Source: an uncultured Cytophagales bacterium (GTDB taxonomy: Bacteria > Bacteroidota > Bacteroidia > Cytophagales > Spirosomataceae). From it: DNA of 64,000 nucleotides. The notes beneath the pieces are model-generated. The model was not told where the DNA came from. It saw nothing but the letters and a program-made list of their open reading frames with translations, and made no database searches. Shown here piece by piece: positions 1 through 9,634 of the stretch. The translations under genes and the position numbers were made by a program. The stretch spans positions 14,634-78,633 of the forward strand of contig CAWARB010000039.1 of the NCBI GenBank assembly GCA_963784335.1, in the 5' to 3' direction. Position 1 is the first letter of the stretch, and each line of letters starts with the position of its first letter.

Positions 1-300
1 CCGGTTACGCCTGCCCGACCGGATAATGCAGTTGAAAAGGTCATTCCCAGTCGCCCTGCCAGTGCTGGAATCACCAACCGGAAAGTGGCTTTTATAGCCC
101 ACCTGCTCGCCGGCAAGGTGGACCCCGGCAAAAAGTACGTGTACGGCGTACGGGTAATCAACAGAACGGTGAGCCTGCGTTACCCAAACCCGTATCAAAC
201 CCAACGCCTGTAGCCGTGGCCGACCGCCCGCCCGACTTTTCATTCCGGCGACGGAAGCTCCACATACGACAACGAACCTGAAGTTATTTCACGGGTTAAC
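1..300 (+). pseudogene. Degenerate fragment of a PhoD-family alkaline phosphatase N-terminal region
   Basis: Frame +1 reads ...FIAHLLAGKVDPGKKYVYGVRV...LRYPNPYQTQRL*PWPTARPTF..GSSTYDNEPEV. This resembles the Bacteroidota PhoD segment 'HL.ad.l.PGkkY.Y...ypl.FqtQ.LWqWrtdPP.f.fa.GSC.YvNE'. TAG at 211-213 sits where Trp is expected, and the catalytic domain does not follow. Confidence 0.55.
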
Positions 301-319
301 ATTATAACGAGAAACCACT

Positions 320-1051
320 ATGACCTTTCACCAATTCCCCGACCACGCATCCCTGTCGCAGTACACGGCTGAGCATATTGCCGCCATTATCAATCAAAAA
401 CCCGATGCACTGCTCTGCCTGGCATCGGGCGATACCCCCATCGAGACGTATCACCACCTGGTAGAGCTGGCCAAAACGGGCCGTGTGGACGTGAGCCAAT
501 GTACGTTTGTGGGCCTCGACGAATGGGTTGGATTCGGACCGGAGGATGCGGGGAGTTGTTCGTACTACGTATTCCGCGACCTGTTTACGCCGTTGCAGCT
601 GCGCCCGGATCAGGTCCATGTTTTCGATGCGAAAGCGACTGACCTCGCGGCCGAGTGCGTAAAAATAGATAGCCTGATTGATGCGCGGGGCGGCCTGGAT
701 TTGTTGCTGGTGGGTATGGGTATAAATGGCCATATCGCCCTGAATGAACCTGGTACCCCCTTTACGTTAGGCTGCCACGTTGGCGAACTGGCCGAAAGCA
801 CCATCACCGTCGGGCAGAAATATTTCGAGCAGGCAACGCCCCTCTCGCAGGGCATTACCCTTGGACTGCGCCACCTGACAGCCGCCCGCGAAGTAATTTT
901 ACTCGTGAGTGGAGAAAAAAAAGCCGCTACGTTGAGCCAGGCTCTCAAAGGGCCGGTTTCGGAGGAAATGCCCGCCAGTATTTTGCAAACGCACCCCAAT
1001 GGACAGGTCTGGCTGGATGCGGCCGCCGGAAGTTTGCTGACGGGTTTTTGA
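320..1051 (+). CDS. nagB: Glucosamine-6-phosphate deaminase/isomerase family protein
   Basis: Motifs LCLASGDTP, VGLDEWVG, LLLVGMGINGHIALNEPG, GITLGL, PASILQTH. Confidence 0.85.
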   Translation: MTFHQFPDHASLSQYTAEHIAAIINQKPDALLCLASGDTPIETYHHLVELAKTGRVDVSQCTFVGLDEWVGFGPEDAGSCSYYVFRDLFTPLQLRPDQVHVFDAKATDLAAECVKIDSLIDARGGLDLLLVGMGINGHIALNEPGTPFTLGCHVGELAESTITVGQKYFEQATPLSQGITLGLRHLTAAREVILLVSGEKKAATLSQALKGPVSEEMPASILQTHPNGQVWLDAAAGSLLTGF

Positions 1052-1055
1052 GTTT

Positions 1056-2438
1056 GTGGCCGGGAGTTCGTTATTTGACCGTTTGATTCAACCTGACCTG
1101 TACAACCACTTGGCCATTCCGCTCCCTGCTTCTTATCCGGCCGTTTCCCGAAAGACCGAAATACTGGCCGGTGTTTCTACCTTTCTGGCAACGATGTACA
1201 TCATTGTTGTCAATCCGGCTATTTTGAGTCAGGCGGGTTTGCCCTTTAGCGGAGTGCTCACGGCCACCGTTCTGCTTTCCTTTTTTTGCAGCCTCATGAT
1301 GGGTCTGTACGCCCGTAATCCCATTGTGGTAGCGCCGGGAATGGGTATGAACGCCTTTTTTACGTTCACCGCCGTGAAGGGAATGGGCATCAGGCCGGAA
1401 GTTGCGCTGGGTGCGGTATTCTGGGCCGGGGTATTATTTCTGTTGCTGTCGGTCTTTAACATACGATCGGCCCTGGTACGGGCTATTCCGAAGCCCCTGC
1501 GTTACGCCGTTTCGGCGGGTATCGGTTTGTTTATCACGCTGATTGGCTTCGAGAATGCCCACTTTATTGTGGCTAACCCGGCCACATTGGTCAGTGTCGC
1601 CCGGCTAACCGACCCCATCATCCTTACGTTTGTGTTCGGGCTGCTCCTGACGAGTGTGCTGGTAGTGCGCAACGTGCCGGGGGGCATCATCATCGGAATT
1701 GTGCTGACCACCCTCGCGGCCTGGCCCGTTGGCCGGTACTGGGGTGATGCCTCGGCGGTTAATTTCGGGCAGAAAACGCTGGTCAATTACCAGGGTATCT
1801 TCGCCGCCCCCGATTTTTCTTTACTGGGGAAACTGGATTTGTGGGGGTCGCTTTCGTGGTCGTTGTGGCCGGTCATCTTTGCGTTTGCCTTCACCGATTT
1901 ATTCGATAGCCTGTCCACCTTTGTGGGCGTAGCCGAAGCGGGTGATTTACAGGATGAATCAGGTAACCCGCGTAACCTGAATCGTTCCCTGCTGACCGAT
2001 GCCGTTGCCACTACGCTGGCGGGACTGCTGGGTACCAGCCCCGGCACCGCGTACATTGAATCGGCGGTGGGGATTGCGCAGGGCGGCCGCACGGGGCTAA
2101 CGGCTATTGTGGCGGGCTGTTGTTTCCTGCCGTTCCTGTTTTTATCCCCGCTATTATCCGTTATTCCGGCCATTGCCACGTCACCGGCTCTGGTCCTGGT
2201 GGGTGCGTTTATGATGAAACCCATTACCCGCATCAACTGGAGCCAACTAGATGATGCAGTGCCCGCTTTTCTGGCGTTGGTGCTTATTCCGTTCAGTTAT
2301 TCCATCACGCAGGGACTGATTTGGGGGTTTCTGTCGTGGACGCTCATAAAGGTTGCCGTGGGTAAATCGGGTGAAGTACCGGCAGGCTTATGGATTGTCG
2401 ACGTATTCTGCGTGCTGGCGCTGATGAGTAGTGACTGA
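1056..2438 (+). CDS. NCS2/AzgA-family purine (guanine/hypoxanthine/adenine) permease; start codon uncertain
   Basis: TEILAGVSTFLATMYIIVVNPAIL, APGMGMNAFF, GIGLFITLIG, YIESAVGIAQGGRTGLTA, FSYSITQG; multiple TM segments. Confidence 0.9.
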   Translation: MAGSSLFDRLIQPDLYNHLAIPLPASYPAVSRKTEILAGVSTFLATMYIIVVNPAILSQAGLPFSGVLTATVLLSFFCSLMMGLYARNPIVVAPGMGMNAFFTFTAVKGMGIRPEVALGAVFWAGVLFLLLSVFNIRSALVRAIPKPLRYAVSAGIGLFITLIGFENAHFIVANPATLVSVARLTDPIILTFVFGLLLTSVLVVRNVPGGIIIGIVLTTLAAWPVGRYWGDASAVNFGQKTLVNYQGIFAAPDFSLLGKLDLWGSLSWSLWPVIFAFAFTDLFDSLSTFVGVAEAGDLQDESGNPRNLNRSLLTDAVATTLAGLLGTSPGTAYIESAVGIAQGGRTGLTAIVAGCCFLPFLFLSPLLSVIPAIATSPALVLVGAFMMKPITRINWSQLDDAVPAFLALVLIPFSYSITQGLIWGFLSWTLIKVAVGKSGEVPAGLWIVDVFCVLALMSSD

Positions 2439-2489
2439 TGAGGGAATGAACACCGATAAGTAATCATGCAGAATTAGTTTACTGCAATT

Positions 2490-2582
2490 TTTTTGTCATT
2501 CTGAGGAACGAAGAATCTTCGGGTAAAAGCAAGAAGATTTCTAGCTTTACCGAAGATTCTTCGTTCCTCAGAATGACAAAAA
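2490..2582. repeat. TGTC-tagged palindromic repeat (REP/MITE-like) with 33-bp perfect arms
   Basis: tttttgtcattctgaggaacgaagaatcttcgg (2490-2522) is the exact reverse complement of ccgaagattcttcgttcctcagaatgacaaaaa (2550-2582). Confidence 0.85.
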
Positions 2583-2660
2583 CAACTAAAAAATATACGT
2601 CAATTTAAATTTGCGTAATTATTTAAGCACTCAAGTGAAATTAGCTTAGCCTAACCGATT

Positions 2661-2753
2661 TTTTTTGTCATCCCGACTCAGGAGGGATCGCGATTGTCCT
2701 GATACCTGAGATCCCTCCTGCCGCACCGGCGGACCGGTCGGGATGACAAAAAA
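2661..2753. repeat. Second TGTC-tagged palindromic repeat
   Basis: ttttttgtcatcccgac (2661-2677) pairs with gtcgggatgacaaaaaa (2737-2753); inner arms caggagggatc / gatccctcctg. Confidence 0.8.
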
Positions 2754-2781
2754 CCAATGTATTTCCTTTTACCTGCCCACT

Positions 2782-3618
2782 ATGAAAAAACAGTTTGCCC
2801 TAACGCTGCTGCTCGCGCTTTTGCTCATGCACTTGGCTACGTTTGCCCAGCGCTACAAACCCCGGCCTGTAACGGGGTTGCTGGGGGCTTTCGGGGCCGA
2901 AGTGGCGCTGGTTAAAGAATCGCTGAAAAAGGCTAAAACGGTTTCGGTCGATGGAGTGATTTTTACGACCGGGCGCATCGGAAAACAACGGGTGGTGGTA
3001 GCCGAAACGGGAATCGGCAAAGTAAATGCGGCCATGACAACGGCGCTGATGCTGGACCATTTTCGGCCCCGGCGGGTGTTATTTACGGGAATTGCCGGGG
3101 GTACGAACCCCGATTTGCAACCCGGCGATATTGTCATTGCCCAACGAACAGCGCACCATGATTACGGCTCCATCACGGATAAAAACACCCCAACCCGCCA
3201 AACGCGCAATGCCATTACCAAACAGTTTAACCCGGCCTATTTCCCCGCCGACTCAATCCTGCTACTGCTGGCCGAGCGGGTGGTGAAAACGGTATCACTG
3301 GAAGGCATTCCGCTGGAATCCGGTGGGGTTTCCAATCGTCCGGTTCGGGTCGTGACGGGTACCGTCGTAACGGGCGATGTTTTTGTGGCTTCTCCCGAAA
3401 AAGGCAAAAGCTTACGGGCTGATTTTGGGGCCGATGCCACCGAAATGGAAGGGGCCGCCATTGCACAGGTCTGTTACCAGCTTCAGGTACCGTGTCTGAT
3501 TATTCGCAGCCTGAGTGACCGCGCCGATGCGGAAGCGCACATCGCTTACGACAAGTTTTATCCAACAGCGGCCCGAAACTCCGCTAAAGTCGTTATCGCG
3601 CTGGTAAACGCGTTATAA
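2782..3618 (+). CDS. mtnN: 5'-methylthioadenosine/S-adenosylhomocysteine nucleosidase with N-terminal signal peptide
   Basis: TGIGKVNAAM, FTGIAGG, VTGDVFV, EMEGAAIAQVC, IRSLSDRA. ATG 2782 gives signal peptide MKKQFALTLLLALLLMHLATFA|Q. The ORF-track start at 2743 lies inside the repeat. Confidence 0.85.
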   Translation: MKKQFALTLLLALLLMHLATFAQRYKPRPVTGLLGAFGAEVALVKESLKKAKTVSVDGVIFTTGRIGKQRVVVAETGIGKVNAAMTTALMLDHFRPRRVLFTGIAGGTNPDLQPGDIVIAQRTAHHDYGSITDKNTPTRQTRNAITKQFNPAYFPADSILLLLAERVVKTVSLEGIPLESGGVSNRPVRVVTGTVVTGDVFVASPEKGKSLRADFGADATEMEGAAIAQVCYQLQVPCLIIRSLSDRADAEAHIAYDKFYPTAARNSAKVVIALVNAL

Positions 3619-3620
3619 CA

Positions 3621-4349
3621 TTATAGATACAGGGGTGCCATTTTCTGCCAGTCGTCGGCCTGGTGGGCGCGGCCATCCCAGCAATAGAGTTCATGCGCTA
3701 CCTGTTTGGCCCGAAGCGTTTCGCTCAAAGCAAGATTGCTGGATAAAAACGGGTCTGCTGTGCCAACGGTCATCACAATTTGTAGTCGGCGCAACTGATT
3801 GAGTGCTTCGCAGTCGCCCAGGTTCGGCAAAAAATGATTGGGGCTGTGGAAGTAGATTTCGTCGTCGTAATAATCGTCAAACAGCCCTCGAAATTCGGCC
3901 ACTGGTTCCGATAAACTGTAACGGCCACTAAATGCTACTACTTTGGCAAACCATTGCGGATGCCGAAGTGCAATGTTCATGGCGTGATAAGCGCCCAGGC
4001 TACACCCGTGCGAAACCATAAACGGTTGTGGGTTCTTCAGGCGGGATAGCGTCAGGACCTCCTGCAAAATGTACTGCTCGTACTGTCCGTGCCGCCGGAT
4101 ACGGTCGCAGGGGGATACGTGGCGGTTGTAAATGCTTTCCTGGTCAATACTGTCGACGCAATACAACTGTAGCCAGCCGTTTTCGAGTTGGTCGGCCAGC
4201 GCGTGTACAAGGCCCAGGTCTTCGTACTCATGGAATCGCCCCCGGCGGGTTGGGAAAACCAGCACCCGCGCCCCGGCATGGCCGAAGATAAGCAACTCCA
4301 TGGTGCGGTTCAGGTTCGGACTAAACCACTTATGATACTCGCGGTGCAT
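3621..4349 (-). CDS. Esterase family alpha/beta hydrolase
   Basis: GCSLG nucleophile elbow; N-terminus MHREYHKWFSPNL..MELLIFGHAG..VLVFPT; C-terminal His (GRAH). Confidence 0.8.
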   Translation of the reverse strand: MHREYHKWFSPNLNRTMELLIFGHAGARVLVFPTRRGRFHEYEDLGLVHALADQLENGWLQLYCVDSIDQESIYNRHVSPCDRIRRHGQYEQYILQEVLTLSRLKNPQPFMVSHGCSLGAYHAMNIALRHPQWFAKVVAFSGRYSLSEPVAEFRGLFDDYYDDEIYFHSPNHFLPNLGDCEALNQLRRLQIVMTVGTADPFLSSNLALSETLRAKQVAHELYCWDGRAHQADDWQKMAPLYL

Positions 4350-4406
4350 ACCATTCCAGTTAAGAACTAGTGAAATTGCACGCTTTTACAGTAACAACGA
4401 AGCTTC

Positions 4407-5016
4407 CTATATAAACAAATCGTTAAAAATTCGGGCCTGTTGCTGAAACGTCTGCGCCCATACCTGATAACCAGCCGGGCTCAGGTGCAACCCATCGTTT
4501 TCGAAAAACTCCCGCCGGGGGGTGCCATGCTGGTCCAGCAAGGGCGTTGTCATATCAATGTACTGCCAGTCGGGGTACTGCGCCATCTCACGACTAATCA
4601 ATCTGTTCGTATACTGAATCTCTTCAGCAATGCCCCAACGGGCCAGACTGATTTTTACCGACAGAAAATAGAGCGGTACGTCAGGTAGTAAGGTACGCAT
4701 TTTACTGGCAAAAGCGCAGAAGAACTGGTATATTTCTTCGGGGTGTCGCCCGTTGCCCAGGTCATTGTCTCCCGCGTAAAACACAACGGCTTTCGGCTAG
4801 GGTTGGTGCCACTAGTCGCTCAAAAAACCAGGTGCAGGCCGCCAGGGTTGAACCCCCAAAACCCAGATTCAGGGTGTCCAGGTGGGGGAAATCCTGGTCT
4901 AGTGTTGTCCATAACCGAATGGATGAACTGCCATAAAAAACGGTCTTCTCTACTGCTGGTGCAAGGGTTTGTACCTTTTCTTCCAAGGGCCGAACGTCGG
5001 CTTCATACCAAATCAT
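4407..5016 (-). CDS. SGNH/GDSL hydrolase, split by one frameshift near 4800
   Basis: ORF 4762-5016 has FYGSSSIRLW and NLGFGGS; ORF 4407-4784 has FYAGDNDL and DGLHLSPAGY. Together they form one SGNH domain. Confidence 0.8.
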
Positions 5017-5019
5017 ACT

Positions 5020-6099
5020 TCATTGATTAACAGGCTCAGTGCCAATTGTATCTCTGTTTACAAGGGGTGCCATGGCTGATTCGCCAGCCTGCATCCATTT
5101 CCGAATAATTGTAGTGAGTGGTCGAAATTCGATTAAAAAACCATCGTGTCCGTACAACGAATCAATCTCCTCGTAAGACGCATCCTGAATATGACGGGCC
5201 AGAAACTGCTGCTCTGTGGGCGGAAAAAGCAAATCGGACCGGATACCGACGACTAATGTGCGGGCCTTAATCTGGCCTAGTGCATTGAGAATACTACCCC
5301 GGTTACGCCCCACATTGTGCGAGTCCATAATTTTGGTGAGCAGCCAGTAGGTAAAGGCGTTGAACCGTTCCGCTATCTTTTCGCCCTGGTATCGCTGATA
5401 ACCAGCCGCTTTATAGCCATCGAGTTGCTCGTTGTTGTCCAGTGCCTGTGTAAAGCCGTACGTATCGTAGTTTCGGTACGAAATCATGGCCATTGCGCGG
5501 GCCGCTTTCATCCCCGCCAATCCTGCATCGTCGCGGTTTTCAGCCCAGGTAGGGTCGGCTTCTATGGCCATCCGCTGCGATTCATTGAAGGCAATGCACC
5601 AGGGAGAGGCCATGGCACTGGCGGCAATCAGGATCAGATTGTCGATAAGGCCGGGGTGCAGAATAGCCCACTCTACTGCCTGTTCGCCCCCCAGGGAACC
5701 GCCAATGCAGGTGCGGATTTTTTCGATATTCAGTTCCTGCCGCAGTAAATCAAAGGCATTGACAATGTCCCGAACCGTAACGGCAGGAAATGCGTGATGA
5801 TACGGTTTTGCCGTTGCCGGGTTAACAGACAAGGGGCCGGTAGACCCATAACACGAGCCAAGCACGTTGGCGCAGATAATAAAATCCGTTGCCGGGTCAA
5901 AGAACTTGCCTGCCCCTACCATGCCGCCCCACCAGTCGGCTACGTCAGCATTGCCAGTCAGGGCATGGCACACCCACACCACGTTCGACCGGTCTGCATT
6001 GAGTGTACCGCGTGTGGTGTAGGCCAGTCGGAAACCCGGCAGGCTTGCTCCCGATTCGAGCGGGAACGAATATTTGTAGTCAAAATAAGTGAGGTCCAA
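5020..6099 (-). CDS. metX: Homoserine O-acetyltransferase
   Basis: VCHALTG, CANVLGSCYGSTGP, GGSLGG, SDLLFP, GHDGFLIE; lies downstream of metY. Confidence 0.92.
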   Translation of the reverse strand: MDLTYFDYKYSFPLESGASLPGFRLAYTTRGTLNADRSNVVWVCHALTGNADVADWWGGMVGAGKFFDPATDFIICANVLGSCYGSTGPLSVNPATAKPYHHAFPAVTVRDIVNAFDLLRQELNIEKIRTCIGGSLGGEQAVEWAILHPGLIDNLILIAASAMASPWCIAFNESQRMAIEADPTWAENRDDAGLAGMKAARAMAMISYRNYDTYGFTQALDNNEQLDGYKAAGYQRYQGEKIAERFNAFTYWLLTKIMDSHNVGRNRGSILNALGQIKARTLVVGIRSDLLFPPTEQQFLARHIQDASYEEIDSLYGHDGFLIEFRPLTTIIRKWMQAGESAMAPLVNRDTIGTEPVNQ

Positions 6100-6124
6100 T
6101 CAACAATTAGTTTGAGGTTTATTG

Positions 6125-6159
6125 TTGGCGGTTCGTCGTTTGAACTAACGAACCGCCAA
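6125..6159. terminator. Intergenic stem-loop between metY and metX
   Basis: ttggcggttcgt / acgaaccgccaa 12-bp inverted repeat; could be a terminator or an mRNA-stabilising hairpin. Confidence 0.5.
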
Positions 6160-6170
6160 ACAAAAACGGC

Positions 6171-7586
<1,416 letters not shown>

Positions 7587-7600
7587 TTAGTGGTGAATTC

Positions 7601-7642
7601 TCAGTAAGCCCTCCGGGGCATACATGACCAGATGTAGTGCAT
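7601..7642 (-). CDS. Putative 13-aa leader peptide MHYIWSCMPRRAY
   Basis: ATG...TGA immediately 3' of the SAM-I aptamer; A at position -3; contains adjacent Cys and Met codons. Confidence 0.35.
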   Translation of the reverse strand: MHYIWSCMPRRAY

Positions 7643-7650
7643 AGTAGTTT

Positions 7651-7757
7651 CGATTTATAGTCCCTAAAATAACTTTAGGCAGGAGTTAGCACCTTGCCAT
7701 GTGGTAGGTTGCCAGCGGTTTGCAGAGCCTGATCTCTCCCCGCTTCTGTATAAATCA
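7651..7757 (-). promoter_or_regulatory. SAM-I (S-box) riboswitch
   Basis: Minus strand reads GATTTATACAGAAGCGGGAGAGATCAGGCTCTGCAAACCGCTGGCAACC...AAGGTGCTAACTCCTGC...GGGACTATAAATC. It has the GCAACC and AAGGTGC.AA.TCC core and P1 pairing GATTTATA/TATAAATC, and lies upstream of metY-metX. Confidence 0.9.
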
Positions 7758-7807
7758 ACGCGCGCTGGTGTAAGTGGAAATAGCGCGAAGCGATTGACTT
7801 GATGGCG

Positions 7808-7839
7808 CAAGTATACTAGCCAGACGGCGAGATTCCAAA
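7808..7839 (-). promoter_or_regulatory. Bacteroidota housekeeping-sigma promoter for the riboswitch-metY transcript
   Basis: Minus strand TTTG (7839-7836) - 20 nt - TATACTTG (7815-7808), one mismatch to the TTTG/TAnnTTTG consensus. Confidence 0.55.
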
Positions 7840-7968
7840 CGGTCCCCAGCCGAAACGCACGAATGAGTGAATAAAGGGGTAGACTAACGAAAGGGCCTTT
7901 TCCGCGTTATGAAATCGTTTTGTCGATTTTGCCGTTATTTTTATAGCCTTACATCGCTGCGATACTTT

Positions 7969-9552
7969 ATGCACTACCGCTTAGCTGCCGACCCTGATTT
8001 ACCCCATTACATTGCCGTTGAAGCCCATTTAGCCAACATTACCACGCCGACCGTTGAGTTACAGTTGCCCGCCTGGCGACCCGGCCGCTACGAGTTGCAG
8101 AACTTTGCCAAAAACATCCAGCGGTTCGCTATTGTGGATGAAGCGGGGAATCCCCTGCCGTTTCGCAAAATCACCAAAGACCGCTGGCAGATACAAATGA
8201 ACGGGCAAACGGAGCTGATTGCCCGCTATAATTATCACGCGCTGCTGCCTACTGCCTACCAGCTTAATGCAGGCAGTAGCTTCGTGAGTGACACGCTCCT
8301 GTACGTAAACCCCGTCAATCTTTGTCTCTATGCCGAAGGGCGTATGGATGAGCCCTGTACGCTGGAGATAGGCGTTCCCGATACCTGGACGCTGGCCTGT
8401 GGGCTGAAACAACAGGATGCAACTACGTGGGTGGCGGCTGACTTTTACGAGTTAGTCGATTGTCCGTTCATGGCAGCACCCGTGATGCAGCATATCCAGT
8501 ATGCGGTAGGGGATGTGCCCTTCCACGTCTGGATTCAGGGAGGGCGACGTACTGATGGGAGCCCTACGTTCGATGCGGAGCGGATTCGGCGGGATTTCAG
8601 CCGGTTTTCGGAAACACAACTGGCGCTGTTTGGCGAATTTCCCGAAGAGTCCTACCATTTTCTGACCCTCATTCTGCCCGTACCCTACTACCACGGGGTG
8701 GAACACCGTACCAGTACGGTGCTCGTTCTGGGACCCAATGACGAGGGCGAAGGGTTATACCAGGATTTACTGGGTGTGGCTTCGCACGAGTTATTTCACG
8801 CCTGGAACATTATCCGTATCCGACCAACGGAACTGCTTCCGTACGATTTTACGCGGGAAAACTATTTTACCACCTGTTTTGTGGCCGAGGGCGTAACAAC
8901 TTACTACGGTGATTTGATGCTTCGGCAGTCGGGTATTTTTTCGGATGAAGAGTACCTGAAAGAATTACAGGTGCTGTTTAAACGACATTTCGAAAACAGC
9001 GGCTTTGCCTTCCAGTCGTTAACCGAATCGTCGTGGGATTTGTGGCTCGATGGCTACGAGAAGGGAGTTCCTGACCGGAAAGTATCCGTTTACCACAAAG
9101 GAGCCATTGCCGCCCTGATTCTCGATTTACACATTCGCCGGGCCACGAGCCATACCCGCTCGCTGGACAATGTCATGCAACGAATGTGGCAGCAATTCGG
9201 CAAACCCTTTATTGGCTATACGCTGGACGATTACCGGACCATAACTGAATCCGTGGCGGGCGAATCGCTGGCCTGGTATTATGACCTGTGCATTTTTGGT
9301 AACCAGCCACTGGAAACAAAACTCAATGAATATCTGGCCTGGGTGGGCTTGCAGGTCGTTTACGAAGAACCCACCGCCGAACAACCCGGGGGTATCAGGC
9401 TCCTGGAACTGGACGATGCCGGGGCGGATGGCCGGCAGAGTCGTCGGCACCGGATGCGGTGGTTTGGGAACCCCCTCACCGAGGCACCGCACGAAGGACA
9501 GGCCGAATTGGTGTCGGAACAGAAACTGGGAACGAAGGTAGTGGCCAAGTAG
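7969..9552 (+). CDS. M61 family glycyl aminopeptidase
   Basis: LPAWRPGRYELQNFAKNI, HGVEH, HELFHAWN..RIRP (HExxH), EGVTTYY, VYHKGA. Confidence 0.9.
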   Translation: MHYRLAADPDLPHYIAVEAHLANITTPTVELQLPAWRPGRYELQNFAKNIQRFAIVDEAGNPLPFRKITKDRWQIQMNGQTELIARYNYHALLPTAYQLNAGSSFVSDTLLYVNPVNLCLYAEGRMDEPCTLEIGVPDTWTLACGLKQQDATTWVAADFYELVDCPFMAAPVMQHIQYAVGDVPFHVWIQGGRRTDGSPTFDAERIRRDFSRFSETQLALFGEFPEESYHFLTLILPVPYYHGVEHRTSTVLVLGPNDEGEGLYQDLLGVASHELFHAWNIIRIRPTELLPYDFTRENYFTTCFVAEGVTTYYGDLMLRQSGIFSDEEYLKELQVLFKRHFENSGFAFQSLTESSWDLWLDGYEKGVPDRKVSVYHKGAIAALILDLHIRRATSHTRSLDNVMQRMWQQFGKPFIGYTLDDYRTITESVAGESLAWYYDLCIFGNQPLETKLNEYLAWVGLQVVYEEPTAEQPGGIRLLELDDAGADGRQSRRHRMRWFGNPLTEAPHEGQAELVSEQKLGTKVVAK

Positions 9553-9594
9553 CCGCTCCATGCGGTGCCGGTCCGCTTCTAGTAGCCCGGCCGG

Positions 9595-9602
9595 TAATTT
9601 TG
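9595..9602 (+). promoter_or_regulatory. Bacteroidota -7 promoter element
   Basis: TAATTTTG matches TAnnTTTG, about 33 nt before the ATG at 9635. Confidence 0.45.
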
Positions 9603-9634
9603 CTTTAACTTGTTTCCCCTTATCAATCAATATC

